NCBI GenBank assembly: GCA_051453625.1
Contig: JBOZIK010000001.1
Span: 30,392,454 to 30,456,453, forward strand
Direction: 5' to 3'
DNA length: 64,000 nucleotides
Source: Welwitschia mirabilis
Taxonomy: Eukaryota
Shown: positions 28,501-42,363 of the stretch, piece by piece
How the letters are laid out: every line of letters begins with the position of its first letter
How positions within the stretch are numbered: position 1 is the first letter of the stretch
Notes under the pieces: model-generated
Databases searched by the model: none
Told to the model about the DNA's origin: nothing
What the model saw: the letters and a program-made list of their open reading frames with translations, nothing else
Program-made: the position numbers and the translations under genes

Positions 28501-29340
28501 CTTGCTAGAACTGTAGCATTGTTTTCTTCACAAAACAACATGTTTAACTCTATTAAAAGAAAATGTCATAATACTAGATGCTCAATGTGATTCAAAGGCT
28601 TAAGATAAAGAACATATATGCTAGTAAAAAAGGAAACTAAAGGAAAGCAAAAATGGGGAATCGGAGGCCTTCTAAATTCTATTATTTCTAACTTTTATAA
28701 TTAATATTAGTTGTAATTTCTTAAATGCTTGTAAGTTACTTGATTGATATAACACTTATTTGATATTACAATCCATTAAAAATAACAAAAATATAATAAA
28801 GATCATTAACCTAGATAGGTTGCCTCCTTTATTCATTAGTCATGTGGTTGAGCCCTTTTCCATTTTTTCACTTTTCATCTCCATTACTCATTTCACTTCA
28901 CCCCCATTTTATGAGAAATATCATAAATCATATACCTCTTTTATGGATTGATTTTCACTTGGCATTTTAGGAAAAAATAAAAAATGGTTATCTCTCATGA
29001 GGTAATTTTTTGTTTTTGTAGATTAGTTTCACTACTTTGCATCTTTTTGTATTAATAAAAGAACTTATTAAAATATATCTAAGGTTATGTTTTCAAAAGA
29101 ATTAACACTTCTTGAGGATGAAGTTTAGTTTTAGTTGGTAATAATAACATCTAGTTTTCACATCATTTTTCACAAAATTTTTAAAATTTGATGCCTTAAT
29201 TTTAAAAATTAATCATAAAATTTTTCAAAAAGATATATCATTTATTATGCTTAAGTGTTCTTCCTTAGAGAATTTTTCCACATTGATCATTTTATTATCA
29301 ACTTTTTGCTAAGAGTCCCATAAAAGTATGATTAAGGGGT

Positions 29341-30766
29341 TTCTCAACATGCAAAAATTAACATTTATATCAAGTGTTTTAAAATGATTTATTATCAATA
29401 AAGACATTAATTTAATTATTTCAATCATAAATATTTATCTTCTATTATTTTAAATAAAAATTCATTTTATACTTTTTTCCATAATAATTATAGATCTTTA
29501 GCAAGATTTTACATAAAATAATAATGGTAGTGGAGACATAAGGTGGTGACTTGTAGCAAGATTTTACATAATTATAGAACACATGGTGGAATATGGACAC
29601 ACTTTTACATAAAATAATGTTGGTAGTGGAGACATAAGGTGGTGACTTGTAGCAGTAGCATTCGAAGACATGTGATAGAGGCATGTAGAGGTGGCATTGG
29701 AGACATGTTTCTATAGCATCAATTAGTAGAGAAATCTATATCTAAAGGTCACATGTTGGAATCATCATGAAAAAGGTTTTGCCTAACACTATATAACAAT
29801 CTCCATCAAATGTTATAAGACCACCTCCACCAAATGCTAAATGATGAATATTATAGATAATGCTATGGGGCATAATCTTATCTACCTAATGTTATAAGAC
29901 AACCTCTATCAAATGCTATAGGATAGAATCTTATTTACCAAATGCTAAAAGATAAAGATTCTTCCTAGTGCTACAAGCTAAATGCTCTCAACCACCTCAA
30001 TTTTAACCTCATCTATAAACAGGCCTTGAATCCTTATTTGTAAATATTTTCTCATTTTAAAAAAGTAATCGAGCTCTTAGTGCATCAAGTCAACATGGCC
30101 TTCTGAGCATTTTCTTTGGGAAGTAAGCTTGATTTAAGGATAGCTTGAGGACTTCTATTCAACTTCTTTCTTCCCTTAATATAATATATCTCTTTTTGAT
30201 TCAATATACATAGATTTTCATTTTTATTTTAAGTCATGCAAAGCTTCATACTTTTAATGCTTACTAAATCTATGCTATCAAGTTCTTTTGTTAACTGAGT
30301 AAGTTTATTAGTTAATTGATCCAAGTCTTTTACTCTTCTTTAATTTAATGGATCTTAAGTACATTAAGTCCCTACTTTTCATGCTTATTTTATGGTTCTG
30401 AAGGACTAAGTGACTTTTGAGTTTACCAACTCTTATATGGTGCATGAGATTATATCATCATGACCTAAGACATTATTACTTAATATTTTGAAGTATGTTT
30501 TAGAAAAAGCACAAGATATCATCAGAGTGAAGGATAGCTAATGAACAAGTTCAGTGAAAACTTGGATTTTGCTTACTTTCTTACTTTGCCATCAAAGTTT
30601 CAAAACCAATTCTTAACTCTCTTCATTTTCCCCTTTCTTTTAATTATAACTTACAAGTTAAGTAAGATTTGTGTAAATTCTGGAAACCTATCCTAATTAT
30701 TCCTATGGAAGAACGATACTAGATTCTTATCTAGTTTAAATGTGGTTTATTGTGCTCGAACGAGCA
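29341..30766 (+). repeat. 3' LTR of the LARD-like element
   Basis: Ends GAGCA followed by the TSD; has an internal ~50-bp duplication (29505-29557 and 29603-29654). Confidence 0.85.
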
Positions 30767-30771
30767 ATATC

Positions 30772-31900
30772 AAACACTTAGAATTTAGTTTATGTAATTT
30801 TTTCATAAAATGACATTCTTGATTAAAATTAAATCATCAAATGGGATGAATAAAATAGAATTATTAATATTTACTAATTTATTAAACAAAATATTTTTAA
30901 AAATTCCTCTTTCAAAATTTGAATCACATAATTGATAGACTTTGTTATCATCAAAATAAGTAAGAATAAAATACATTTTAGTTGTGTTTTATAGTTTGCT
31001 TTATTATTCTAATATGTACAAGAAACACTTTCTTCTAAAACTTCCAAAATTATTGGTTTATACTACCTCATTATAGAATTTTCTTATTGGTAGATATCCA
31101 TCTAGATATTTAGTAGCAAGTTTGTTATATATAAAGCTATTGTAATAACTTCTATACATAGCAATAATGAAATACATTTCTTATATACTATGCTTAATAC
31201 TCATTTCCATTATGATTATAATCTTTTCCATTAGATACTTTCTTGAGCTAGGGTATGTAGGGTGAAGTTACTTTATGTTGTACTTTAACTTTTTAAGTTC
31301 ATCATTAAACTCATTTAATACATATTATTTTCCTTCATCTGTTATATGTTTCTTAATTTATAAATTTTTATATGTCTTCATTAGTATATAAAATACTGTA
31401 AAAGCATCAAGGATATGAGACTTCTTTATAAGAACTGTATGAAACACATCTATTATAGCCACCAATGAAAGTGAGAAAGTATCTTTATATTTTTAGGAAT
31501 GAAATAGGCAATGATTCATTCAAGTTACTATGGATTAATTTGAATTTTATGTTTTCTTTTATTTCATTATTTTTTTGAAATAAATTAAGATGTATTTTAT
31601 CTATTTAACAAGCTTTATAAACCAATCCTTTAGTTTTGAGTTTTGAAATTTTTTCACTAATTTAATATAATCCTTGAGAAATTTAAGGTTGATATGCCCT
31701 AACAGGGGATGTAAAATCATTGATTCACGTATTTTAATAGTTGAAAAAGCTTCATGATTATCTTTTTTTAACTTGAAATAGAAATGTGCCACTATTTTAA
31801 ACTACTTTAATGTGCCTTTTTCATTTTTTTATGATAATAACATAGCTTGTTCTTCTTCTTATCAAATATAAATTTATAACCATCTTGAAGTAAACATAAA
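30772..31900 (-). pseudogene. Degenerate Ty1/copia GAG-pre-integrase and integrase
   Basis: ESMILHPLLGHINLKFL (LWHxRLGH motif), RYFLTFIGGYNR (YFLxFIDDxSR) and TSPYIP*LKKVS (TxPYTPQQNGVSE) on the minus strand. Confidence 0.75.
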
Positions 31901-31958
31901 AATAGTATTACATTTAATCTTGAAATTAGGAATGTAGAGTGTTTATGACACAAATGTG

Positions 31959-34290
31959 TATTTATTGTAGTGAATGTAAACTTTAATAAAAACTAGGTAA
32001 GTAACTAATATCATTCTCCCAGAGGGATAAATCAAGTTAGGATTGAAAAAAGGCAATAAAATGTTCTCTTATCTATAAGAAATTAAAACAAAAAAGCAAA
32101 AGCAAAGTTATGGTTATTTTTAAACTTGACTAGCAAGGTTGGAAAACAAACTATCTTTAAGGTCTAGCTTAAATCATCCAACCTACAAACATTCACTTCA
32201 CTAATGTCTTTTAACTTTTTTGAAATAATCATAAGATTATTAAGTCATTTAAGGCTCGGATCATGGTAACATAATTTTATTTGCCATATNNNNNNNNNNN
32301 NNNNNNNNNNNNNNNNNNNNNNNNNNNNNNNNNNNNNNNNNNNNNNNNNNNNNNNNNNNNNNNNNNNNNNNNNNNNNNNNNNNNNNNNNCTTTTAACTTT
32401 TTTGAAATAATCATAAGATTATTAAGTCATTTAAGGCTAGGATCATGGTAACATAATTTTATTTGCCATATGAGTATTAGTAAATTACTTAGTCCCTCTA
32501 AATCTTTATAGCCTTCACAAGCATGAAAAGTATAAACTACTATGCATAAGATCCATTAAATAATAGTGACTATAAATTGCAAAACTAACCTTAATAAACT
32601 CATTCGATAAATGAAAGAACTTAACAATCTAATTTTACTTGAACATTAAAAATATGATACTACTCACATTAAAAATAAAAATAAAAAATAACTACCATTC
32701 ATGAAATATTAGAAATTACATTGCATCAGAGGACAAAAACAAAGTAGGTATAGAATCCTTAAAGCTAGCCTCGAAGTCAGTCGCTATCAAAGGAAAGCTC
32801 AGAATGCCATGTCGACTTGATTCTTTAAGGATTCCACCTCTTTTCTACTAGTCAAAGTTATTTATAAATGAAGGCATAATTCCTTGTTATAGGTAAGCAC
32901 AGGGTAAATGTGATTGGGAGCCCTTTGGCTTCTAATGATAAGTGGGCAGGTATAATGTATGTCATGGAGCTTTAAGTATAGTTTTCATCTTCTTATATTA
33001 GATGAAAGCTTCATCATGTAGCATTAGAAATTAGATGGAATCTTCATCTTCTTATGAAAGGTGAAGGTTATCTTCTTGTGTGAGGAGGAGGTTGTTATGA
33101 TGAGTTCGACATGTGTCCTTTAGATCATTATGTCTCTATAAACCAATGCTATTGCCATGTGTTTCTAACGTCACCATCATGTCACTGCCACATGTCTCCA
33201 TCATGTATCACTACCATATGTTACTTTATACCTCCACCATCTTTCATTGAAGTTGATGGTTATTTTTTATTTAATACTAGACTAGCACACAAGTGGAATA
33301 TGATTCATTTCCCATAAATATTTTAAGACACAACTTTGGATGCAATCTAATTTAAAGAACTGCTAGTACTAGTAGGAAGTGGTGGTAGCACTAGTGTTTT
33401 TTTTTCAATTTTTAGCATGTTCTTCAGAAAGAAACAATTAATTTAAAATTGTTATGGAAAAGTTCATACTTCTACAAATCATATCAGAAAAAGTAGAAGA
33501 CATACTTTTATGATAAAATAGCCATTTTAATATCTTTTCCTATGCTAAATTGGTTAAATAAACTTAATTGAAATACCAATTTTTACATGTGAACATACCT
33601 CTTAACTATACAATTACTAGAATCTTGTTAAAAAGTTAATAAATGAATGATCAATATGGAAAAATTATTTAAGAATAGTACTCAAGTATGAAAAATGTAA
33701 TATNNNNNNNNNNNNNNNNNNNNNNNNNNNNNNNNNNNNNNNNNNNNNNNNNNNNNNNNNNNNNNNNNNNNNNNNNNNNNNNNNNNNNNNNNNNNNNNNN
33801 NNNTTATTTAAGAAAAGTACTCAAGTATGAAAAATGTAATATCTTTTGAAGAAATTTTTTACTTTTTTTTTAAAAATATGGCATTAAAATTAGAAAAAAT
33901 CTATGAAATATGGATGTCATATCCCTAACCAAAACTTACCTTCAAAAGTTTTAAAAGATAGAAAATTTTATACAACTTTTTAGAACATTCTAAAAAGGAA
34001 AAATCTGATCACATGAATTTTCATGATACTGTAAGCTTAGAAAATAACTTCGATGTAATACACTATATATATATATATATATATCTATATATATATTGCA
34101 CAAATTGATAAAATAGAGATACTCCCATCAATAATCATTAATCACTTACTTTTNNNNNNNNNNNNNNNNNNNNNNNNNNNNNNNNNNNNNNNNNNNNNNN
34201 NNNNNNNNNNNNNNNNNNNNNNNNNNNNNNNNNNNNNNNNNNNNNNNNNNNNNTTATACTGTAAGCTTAGAAAATAACTTCGATTTAATA

Positions 34291-34328
<38 letters not shown>

Positions 34329-37300
34329 CACAAATTGATAAAATAGAGATACTCCCATAAATAATCATTAATCACTTACTTTTCTAATTACGATTATTAT
34401 AAAAGTGAGAATAATGGAACTAAGTATGAAGGTAAAATTAATGATCAAAAATGGATTACAGTCAGTTTCTAGAAAAGTTTAATAGGGACAAAAAATCTTT
34501 AAAAAAACTATAAATGGGATGGCCAATGTTGTAGAAGAGTTTGGAAGTGAAAAGTGAAAAATGAATGGTGATGTTGGTAAGGACTAACAGTGGCACTAGT
34601 TTTTTTAGGATTTTGCAAGTGAAACTTTAGGAAATGGTTTATTAATTAAAATGATAAAATTTGGTATTAAAGGCTAAATTCAATGGTGAATGGAATAAAC
34701 AAAGTAAGGATGAGATAAAAATTTTCACTATATGATGAAAAATAATTAGGACTAGAGCTTTTAATTATATTACATGGTAAAGGAAATAAAAAATAATCCA
34801 AATACCTATTAATGCAAAAGATAGAATACCTAAATTAATGGTTACTTTATTGAAATTTTGGTGAATTTTATTTTTATTTAAATGGATTAATGTGTCAAAT
34901 AAGTAAGATATCCTCTAAGTACACATGTAAAAATTTAAAAATTAATAAGTAAATTTTTAAGTATATAAATTAAAAAAGGGTAATTACAAAATTATCTCTA
35001 AATCCCATATTTTCTTTTCATAATTTACTTTTTCCACAATTGGACATGTTTATTATTTTAAGAATTTGGATCACATGAAGCATCCAACATTATAATATAT
35101 TTTTCCAATAGAATTAAGTATATTGTTTGATAAAGAAATCATTGTTTCATTACCAGTGAGCATCTATAGCCCCATTATAATAAATCATTAGAACTATATT
35201 GTTAGCAAACATCCATAGTCCCAATGTAATTAAATAAACTTAATTAATTGATTATAGTAAGATGTGATTTTAGAGAAGAGATATTTTTTCTTTTAACATC
35301 TATGTCTCATATTCAATTTTTTTCCCCTAAAATAACCATAAGAGGGATCATTGGCTCATCAACCTAATCAAGAAATATCATATCCCCATAAAATGCTTAA
35401 AAATAGAGAACATACTATTAAAATAAATTTTAACTTTTTCAACCAGGTTTTCTAAAAGTTGGATAACTTAAGTAAAAGAAACCTTCATAAGATAAATAAA
35501 AAATAAACATAACCTTTTCTTGAAAAATACAAGCGAACTTAAATTCTACCTAAACTTGTACCAATAAGACAATTACTTATTAATCTTTTATTTATTAAGA
35601 GTCATTAACTAGGGTCATTAAACCTTAAGAATTCATAAATGAATAAAAGTTAAAGGATGTTGATGAGCTTTTATTAGATAGTGCCAAGTTGGAAGAGGTC
35701 AATGTGAGATTTGAGACAATGATGGATTATTCTATATTATAGATGATATTTTAGGTTTCCTAAATGAAAATCTTTAAGCCAATGATTATACAAGTGGTAC
35801 TGCTTAAGTGGTTTTAGGCAAGAGAGGATATCAAGAAAAAGTTTTTTTAAGGATTAAATTTTTCCATTATAAATCTAATATAAAAGAAAAATCTAATTTA
35901 AATAAAAAATATAAATTAAAAGCATACAATTGAGCTAAAAACTTTGAAATGATTTTTTTGAGGTGGTGCATGGAAAGTGGCTCAAGAGTGTGAAATTAAA
36001 GCTTGGATGATGGATAAAAGTTTTTCAAAGTATTTTTAATTTGAAAAGAATTCATGTATATTTTTATGGAATTAGGCCTAAAACAATTACAAAAAATAAA
36101 TTTTTAACCATTTCAATATTCAAGCAAAAAGTAAGAATTATAGCTATATACAATTAGGAAGAACATTAATATAAGCAGAAACATTTATGCATTCAAGGTT
36201 AGAAATAGTCCATCCTTTAGCTTATTTAAGTTTGTTCAACAACTTACACAAGACATCATTTTGAGGTGAAATTAAACATGAATTGCAAACTAGTTAACAA
36301 GGTTAATTCTAAATAAAGAAAATTACTAAAAAATGGTTCCAAACCTAAAGAATGTTTGTTTTCTTCATTAAGGTTTGGATCTGTCTTAGAAGATAAAGAT
36401 TAAAGTGAAATATTTAACTCATGAAGTTGTTAAAAAAAAAAGGCAAAAGTTCTTTAAAGCATAGATCATGTATGTGTTCTTTGCTAATATTCTTCTCCTC
36501 ATTAAGATTGCTATAATATATTTCCTTATGTTTTTGCTTAAGTGATAATAGTTGTAATTTAAAGAGAGGTTCTTCTTCAATGTTGTCCCTCTTATTAATG
36601 TTGCTTATTAACTTATCCTTTATTATATAACTCTAAAACGTATAGCCTTCTTTAAATAATTCTTATCTTTTAATGATTACTCATCATCTAGTATGTTTAA
36701 TTCCCCACTAAAGTATCCTTTTCTTAAATGACTATACTCTCGCTAGTGTGTTTTTAAACTTAAGGTCCTCATGGATTTCCTCATTCATTTATTTCTAACT
36801 CCTAAAGGATATGACTTAGATATCATCAATTTTGCTATTCTTAATCCCTTCAAAGTTTTCAAGATTCCTAGGTCTAGGTTTATGGATTGTAAGAATCTTT
36901 ATTATTAGTTAAGTATACTATTGATTTGTTAGAGAATTTTTTGAAGTTTGTTAAGGGAGAAAGTATGTTATTGGGTGGTTTGCTCAAAATTGCTCAAGGA
37001 GGAGAAATGTTACTTAAGAGTTTGTTCATGATCATAAATAATTTGGGTTTGGATTTCCATGAATTTTCTTAATGATTCCTTCAAAGGAGTAGATGAAGAA
37101 TGCTTTTATTAGATAGATAGATAAGGATGAAGGAGATTAATAAGTGATAAAGGAAAAGGATTATGACAGATGGTGGAATTCATGGGATTAAACTATTTTT
37201 GTTTAAAATACAAATTTTCAAACTCAAAGTTGTAAATATATTGATCTATATTTAGATAGAGCTCTAGGCTTTGAAGATAGTCTTGAAAGGATTACTAATA

Positions 37301-38218
37301 GTTAAAGGATCTCATGAGTTAAAAATGTATGAGGTTATTATATTTACATTAAAGGTAATCCCTTAAAGTTTCCTTAGATTGAATATAATCTCTTATAGTC
37401 TATTTAGATTGAACATGATTAGAAACATTATAATAATTTTCATAGTTCTCATAGATAAATTGGAGTTTAGGAGGTATTTCATAAACTGTAACAAATAGAT
37501 CACATGCCTAATGCATGTTGAGTTTTAGAAAATAATCAATAAAATTCACTATAAAACTACGTTTTTACAACCCTTTAACATTTCAGAAGGGGCATGATTT
37601 CAGAAAGGATTCAGAGTGTCCACAAGGGGTTGTATGCAAAATTTGAGCAAAAAATTTACAACAAAAATCAATAGTCTTAATTACTATTCATAGTAGGGCT
37701 AGACGTTTTGGGAGAAATGACTTGAAAAAAGAGGAGTATTACATTCCTAACTACGCAAACTAATTTGGATAATGGGCCACCAAAAATATATGAAATAAGA
37801 ATGGAAATGGCTAAGTAGATATGAAATGATTATCATGTAAAAACCTTTGGAAAATGTAAACTTTAAAAAAATAACAAAAATCTAAAAACTACAAATAAAA
37901 CTAAAACTAGCTACTCAAATAAAACTTACAACAAAATAAAAAGAAAACATAAAGAAAGGTGAGTTCTATTTTAGTTTAATTATTTTATTTTTTGGCCTCT
38001 TTTAGGTACAACCTACAAAAAATGCATTAGACCTATAACAAAAAAAATCTAATATTAAAATAATTGTCAAGTTCTATAAAAAGCTAAATAAAACTTAATA
38101 AATGATTAATTCAAGTATCACTCGAAATGAACTAGTGTCCACCACTAGAGAGAAAGGACAATAAAAGAAACACTCAAAATAAAAAGCACCAATTTGTGTA
38201 TTTGTTATATCCTATGTT
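31959..38218 (-). mobile_element. Inverted, more diverged copy of the LARD-like element
   Basis: 31959-~33260 is the reverse complement of the LTR (e.g. caaaggaaagctcagaatgccatgtcga); 33850-38190 matches the interior; PBS-like aaaagcaccaa near 38182-38192; cut by the Tekay LTR at 38219. Confidence 0.8.
34294..34326. repeat. (TA)n microsatellite (also at 34064-34096 as a gap-flank duplicate)
   Basis: TA dinucleotide run. Confidence 0.95.
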
Positions 38219-41200
38219 TGTAAACCTTAATTACTTGGATATTAAGCTTATTAATATTTTAATTAGATGATGAATTAATTTTATTCAAAGACCTTATCAA
38301 ATAAGATGGTATTTTAGATTAATCTTAGTTTGTAATTTTCATAATTTACCATGAAAATGATAATAATTATGTTATAATTTTTCATACTTATTACTTTATT
38401 CATTGGAATTAAAGAGTTTCTTTCATTATACCACATGATAATTTTGAGATTTTTGCATTTATTCTTTTGATGCATGTCTTAGATAAATTAAATGTACTTA
38501 TGAGTTTACAAAGGATTTAGAAGGAGCTAAGATGAGAAAATGATGCATATAATTAAAGCAAGAAGATTACTCATCCTAATTAGGTGTATAAGTCATAAAT
38601 ATGATCTCTTTTTATACTGTAATTCACTTATTATCCATCCCACTTATTAATGCTAAATTATGTGATCTTGTGATCTTGAGTTTTGTGCCTTTGTATATCT
38701 ATATATAGAGATCTTTTCCTCTCTTGTAAAGAGGAGATACTTTTCATTTTTTTTATATAATTACATTTTCTTATTTCTTCTCTCTTTCTTTCATTCTCTT
38801 GCTCATGAATCTTGGAACTTGGAATCTTAAAGCTAAGAAATTTTTGAGCTTTTATTTTCATCAATTTTNNNNNNNNNNNNNNNNNNNNNNNNNNNNNNNN
38901 NNNNNNNNNNNNNNNNNNNNNNNNNNNNNNNNNNNNNNNNNNNNNNNNNNNNNNNNNNNNNNNNNNNNNNNNNNNNNNNNNNNNNNNNNNNNNNNNNNNN
39001 NNNNNNNNNNNNNNNNNNNNNNNNNNNNNNNNNNNNNNNNNNNNNNNNNNNNNNNNNNNNNNNNNNNNNNNNNNNNNNNNNNNNNNNNNNNNNNNNNNNN
39101 NNNNNNNNNNNNNNNNNNNNNNNNNNNNNNNNNNNNNNNNNNNNNNNNNNNNNNNNNNNNNNNNNNNNNNNNNNNNNNNNNNNNNNNNNNNNNNNNNNNN
39201 NNNNNNNNNNNNNNNNNNNNNNNNNNNNNNNNNNNNNNNNNNNNNNNNNNNNNNNNNNNNNNNNNNNNNNNNNNNNNNNNNNNNNNNNNNNNNNNNNNNN
39301 NNNNNNNNNNNNNNNNNNNNNNNNNNNNNNNNNNNNNNNNNNNNNNNNNNNNNNNNNNNNNNNNNNNNNNNNNNNNNNNNNNNNNNNNNNNNNNNNNNNN
39401 NNNNNNNNNNNNNNNNNNNNNNNNNNNNNNNNNNNNNNNNNNNNNNNNNNNNNNNNNNNNNNNNNNNNNNNNNNNNNNNNNNNNNNNNNNNNNNNNNNNN
39501 NNNNNNNNNNNNNNNNNNNNNNNNNNNNNNNNNNNNNNNNNNNNNNNNNNNNNNNNNNNNNNNNNNNNNNNNNNNNNNNNNNNNNNNNNNNNNNNNNNNN
39601 NNNNNNNNNNNNNNNNNNNNNNNNNNNNNNNNNNNNNNNNNNNNNNNNNNNNNNNNNNNNNNNNNNNNNNNNNNNNNNNNNNNNNNNNNNNNNNNNNNNN
39701 NNNNNNNNTGAAGATACTTTTCATCTTTTCATGAAAATACATTCCTTCTTTTCTCTCTTTTTCTTCTCAATCTCTTTATTGTGGATCTTGGAGCTTAGAA
39801 GCTTAGAGCTAAGAATTCTTATGCTTAGATCTGTATCAATCTTTAACCTTTAAGGACTTACTAATCTTTTCAAGTAAGCTCTTTACTTATGTTATCCATA
39901 TGATCTCATTTAATGATTCTAGGGGAATGATGTAATACCACATTAGGGCATTATTTATGATTTTCATGCAATAATGTTATAAAATATTATTCCCTTCCAT
40001 TGGCTTTCAGCAAGATGTGGGGAAAATATGAGGGGTCTCTTATGCTTCATAATTGAGATTACTAATGAATGATTATGCTCAAGTGAGCAAGGGGTTCACT
40101 ATAAAGGACAAAAAAGGAAAAGAAGAAAAAAAAAAGTTAGGTACCCATGTTTATTTTGTATTATATACATAATATTATTTTTTAATTCATTATGCATTAG
40201 ACTTATCTTATTAGGGGTAAAGTCTGATCCTCAAAAATTTCCTTTAGGCTACTACTCCATGGTAGTCCTAAGACTCATAGTAAATGGTTTTTTTGAATTG
40301 ATTTAATTTTTATTTCTACATTGATTTAAATTAGTAAATTTAGTTAAGATATTTTATAAATAATTAGTTTAACTAATATATTCATTATTTTAATAAATTA
40401 AATTATTGGATAATCAGTTATAAAATCTTTATTATATTTTCTTTATAGTAAATATTAAATTTCAAGAATAGATGCATAGGTTAAAAACACCATATCTTAT
40501 TAATTAGTTAGATATAAATTAATGAAATGTTTTTTTATAAGCTTAGGATTATGTTATGACTATAAAAATTTAAAGATAGTAATTTTTTTAATGTGTAATA
40601 ATTTTTGAGAAATTTATTAGTTAAAATACATTAGGAATTAAATGCAGAAAATAGTAAATAATTAATTTACATTTTTGTTACTAATAGCTAAGATATGTAA
40701 AATGTTGAGTAGTGTAATAGGGCTGTAATTTCAAAAAATTTAATAGTCTTTAACCTTAAATTATGACCTCATAAATAATAGTTTTAGAATTCCAAGATAG
40801 CTTAAGTTAGTTTATAAAGATCCTATTATGAATCTAGTTTATGAGAAACTACTGTAATTTTTTTAATGGTTAACTAATTATTAATTTTTAATTATGATGT
40901 CTCCTTAGAGTCCAAAAACATTATAATTAATGTTTTAAATTATATAAACATTATTACATAAAATTTTATAGGAAATTTGAGCATCTAAGATAATTTTTTA
41001 TCAATAGCCTTAAGTTACATTACTTAGAAATAATATTTTATTTGGAAAAATATGTATTTTACCTCTTTCCTTTATCTTACTTTGAATTGTGCATGCTTGT
41101 AAGACTGTTCACCTTAGTAGTTAAGTAACATAAATAGTTCTTAATTTATCACTGATTTTCTTGATTTATAATATAGTAATGTGAGTTTTGGATAAAGTAT

Positions 41201-42349
41201 TATGTCTTAATAACCATTCTTAAGCTATACCTTTGTTTTTTAATTTATCTTCATTGCACCAAGCCATGGAGATTGTAATATCATCATGGAAGAATACTTG
41301 TAGGACTGAAATAGTTCCAAGTATAAATTAATTTCTTTAAGTACATGATTAAGATGTGATTTGATATATTTCAAACATTTTTATTATTATTGAAAGAAAG
41401 AAACGAAAATAACATTTCCTTTATTTAGATTTTTATTATTATAACCTTGAATATAAAGATGTTCTAGTATGCTTATTTTCTCTTTTATGATTGTTTCTAT
41501 AAAATGAACCTAATAATGAGTAGAATTATCATAACTAGGTAAGTAATCCATTAAATATTGACATTATTTAGAATTATATGCATGCATTTGTGTGGTGTAT
41601 TCATCAAATAGGACTAAATCAAGATAATCTTAATAATGTTCATCGTCATACTTAGATTTCATCACCAAGGTGTGTTGCATTGCTTTTTTTTTTTTCTAAC
41701 AATACCCTTTTAAAAGTGGATTTGATCATTACTCTCCTATCTTACATATGTATGAACTTGTCCTAACTTAATATCTTAAGCTTTTGGCATCAACGGATCA
41801 TATTGCACCATCTGGAGATGTTTCAAGCAAGTAAGGGTTATTTGTAAGTGTGCATCCATCTTACATACCACTTTTTACTTGTATTGGGGGTATATCAAGG
41901 TAAAGTGTAAGCCAATGAAGTTGAGCCCAACCATGTTTGTAGAGCTTAGAGCCTGAAGTAAAACCAACTCACATTTGGAGGGTAGCTAAATATTAAGTTA
42001 GAATGTCATTAATGGAAGTTCTAACCTCTAATTATATTGGTTAGATATTATTCTTAATATTATCTATGTATGTTTGTAACAAATTTACCTCTTCCCAACT
42101 ATTCATAAGATATTTTTTTATGTAACAAAAAACTAGGAAGAAATGGAGGATAGAAACATATGACATTGCTATTATTTGTAAACTAAAATAACCTAAGAAT
42201 TAATTATGGATAAATATATAATAAATAAATGATTTTTTTCTCCAAATACAATGTGTTTATTAAATAATAATATTAAAGAATGAAGAAAAAGAAAAGGGGA
42301 AAAAAGAAAAAAAGTGCTTCATTAGAGTAAGAAAAGATAGGGTATCACA
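38219..42349 (+). repeat. Long LTR of a Tekay/Del-type Ty3/gypsy element
   Basis: Starts TGTAAACC, ends GGGTATCACA, and is followed by a Met PBS; contains an ~840-N gap. Confidence 0.8.
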
Positions 42350-42352
42350 AAT

Positions 42353-42363
42353 TGGTATCAGAG
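42353..42363 (+). promoter_or_regulatory. PBS (initiator tRNA-Met)
   Basis: TGGTATCAGAG 3 nt after the LTR end. Confidence 0.9.

Larger units (their letters stand above)
24180..30766 (+). mobile_element. Non-autonomous (LARD-like) Athila-related LTR element
   Basis: Direct repeats 24180-25511 and ~29341-30766; 5-bp TSD ATATC (24175-24179 and 30767-30771); PBS-like tggcactttttcaaggga at 25517-25534; purine run aagggg before the 3' LTR; no recognisable pol in the 3.8-kb interior. Confidence 0.85.

Noticed and set aside
32210-32470. Direct repeat flanking a 100-N gap
   Set aside because: Near-identical overlap of contig ends; assembly artefact.
33664-34383. Two more short duplications across 100-N gaps, one including the TA repeat
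   Set aside because: Same gap-overlap artefact.
38799-39742. Long ORFs in the track (also 5571-6395, 8304-8954)
   Set aside because: Composed almost entirely of Ns.
38700-39845. Diverged ~150-bp LTR segment repeated on both sides of the 840-N gap
   Set aside because: Could be a nested LTR or a scaffolding join; unresolvable across the gap.
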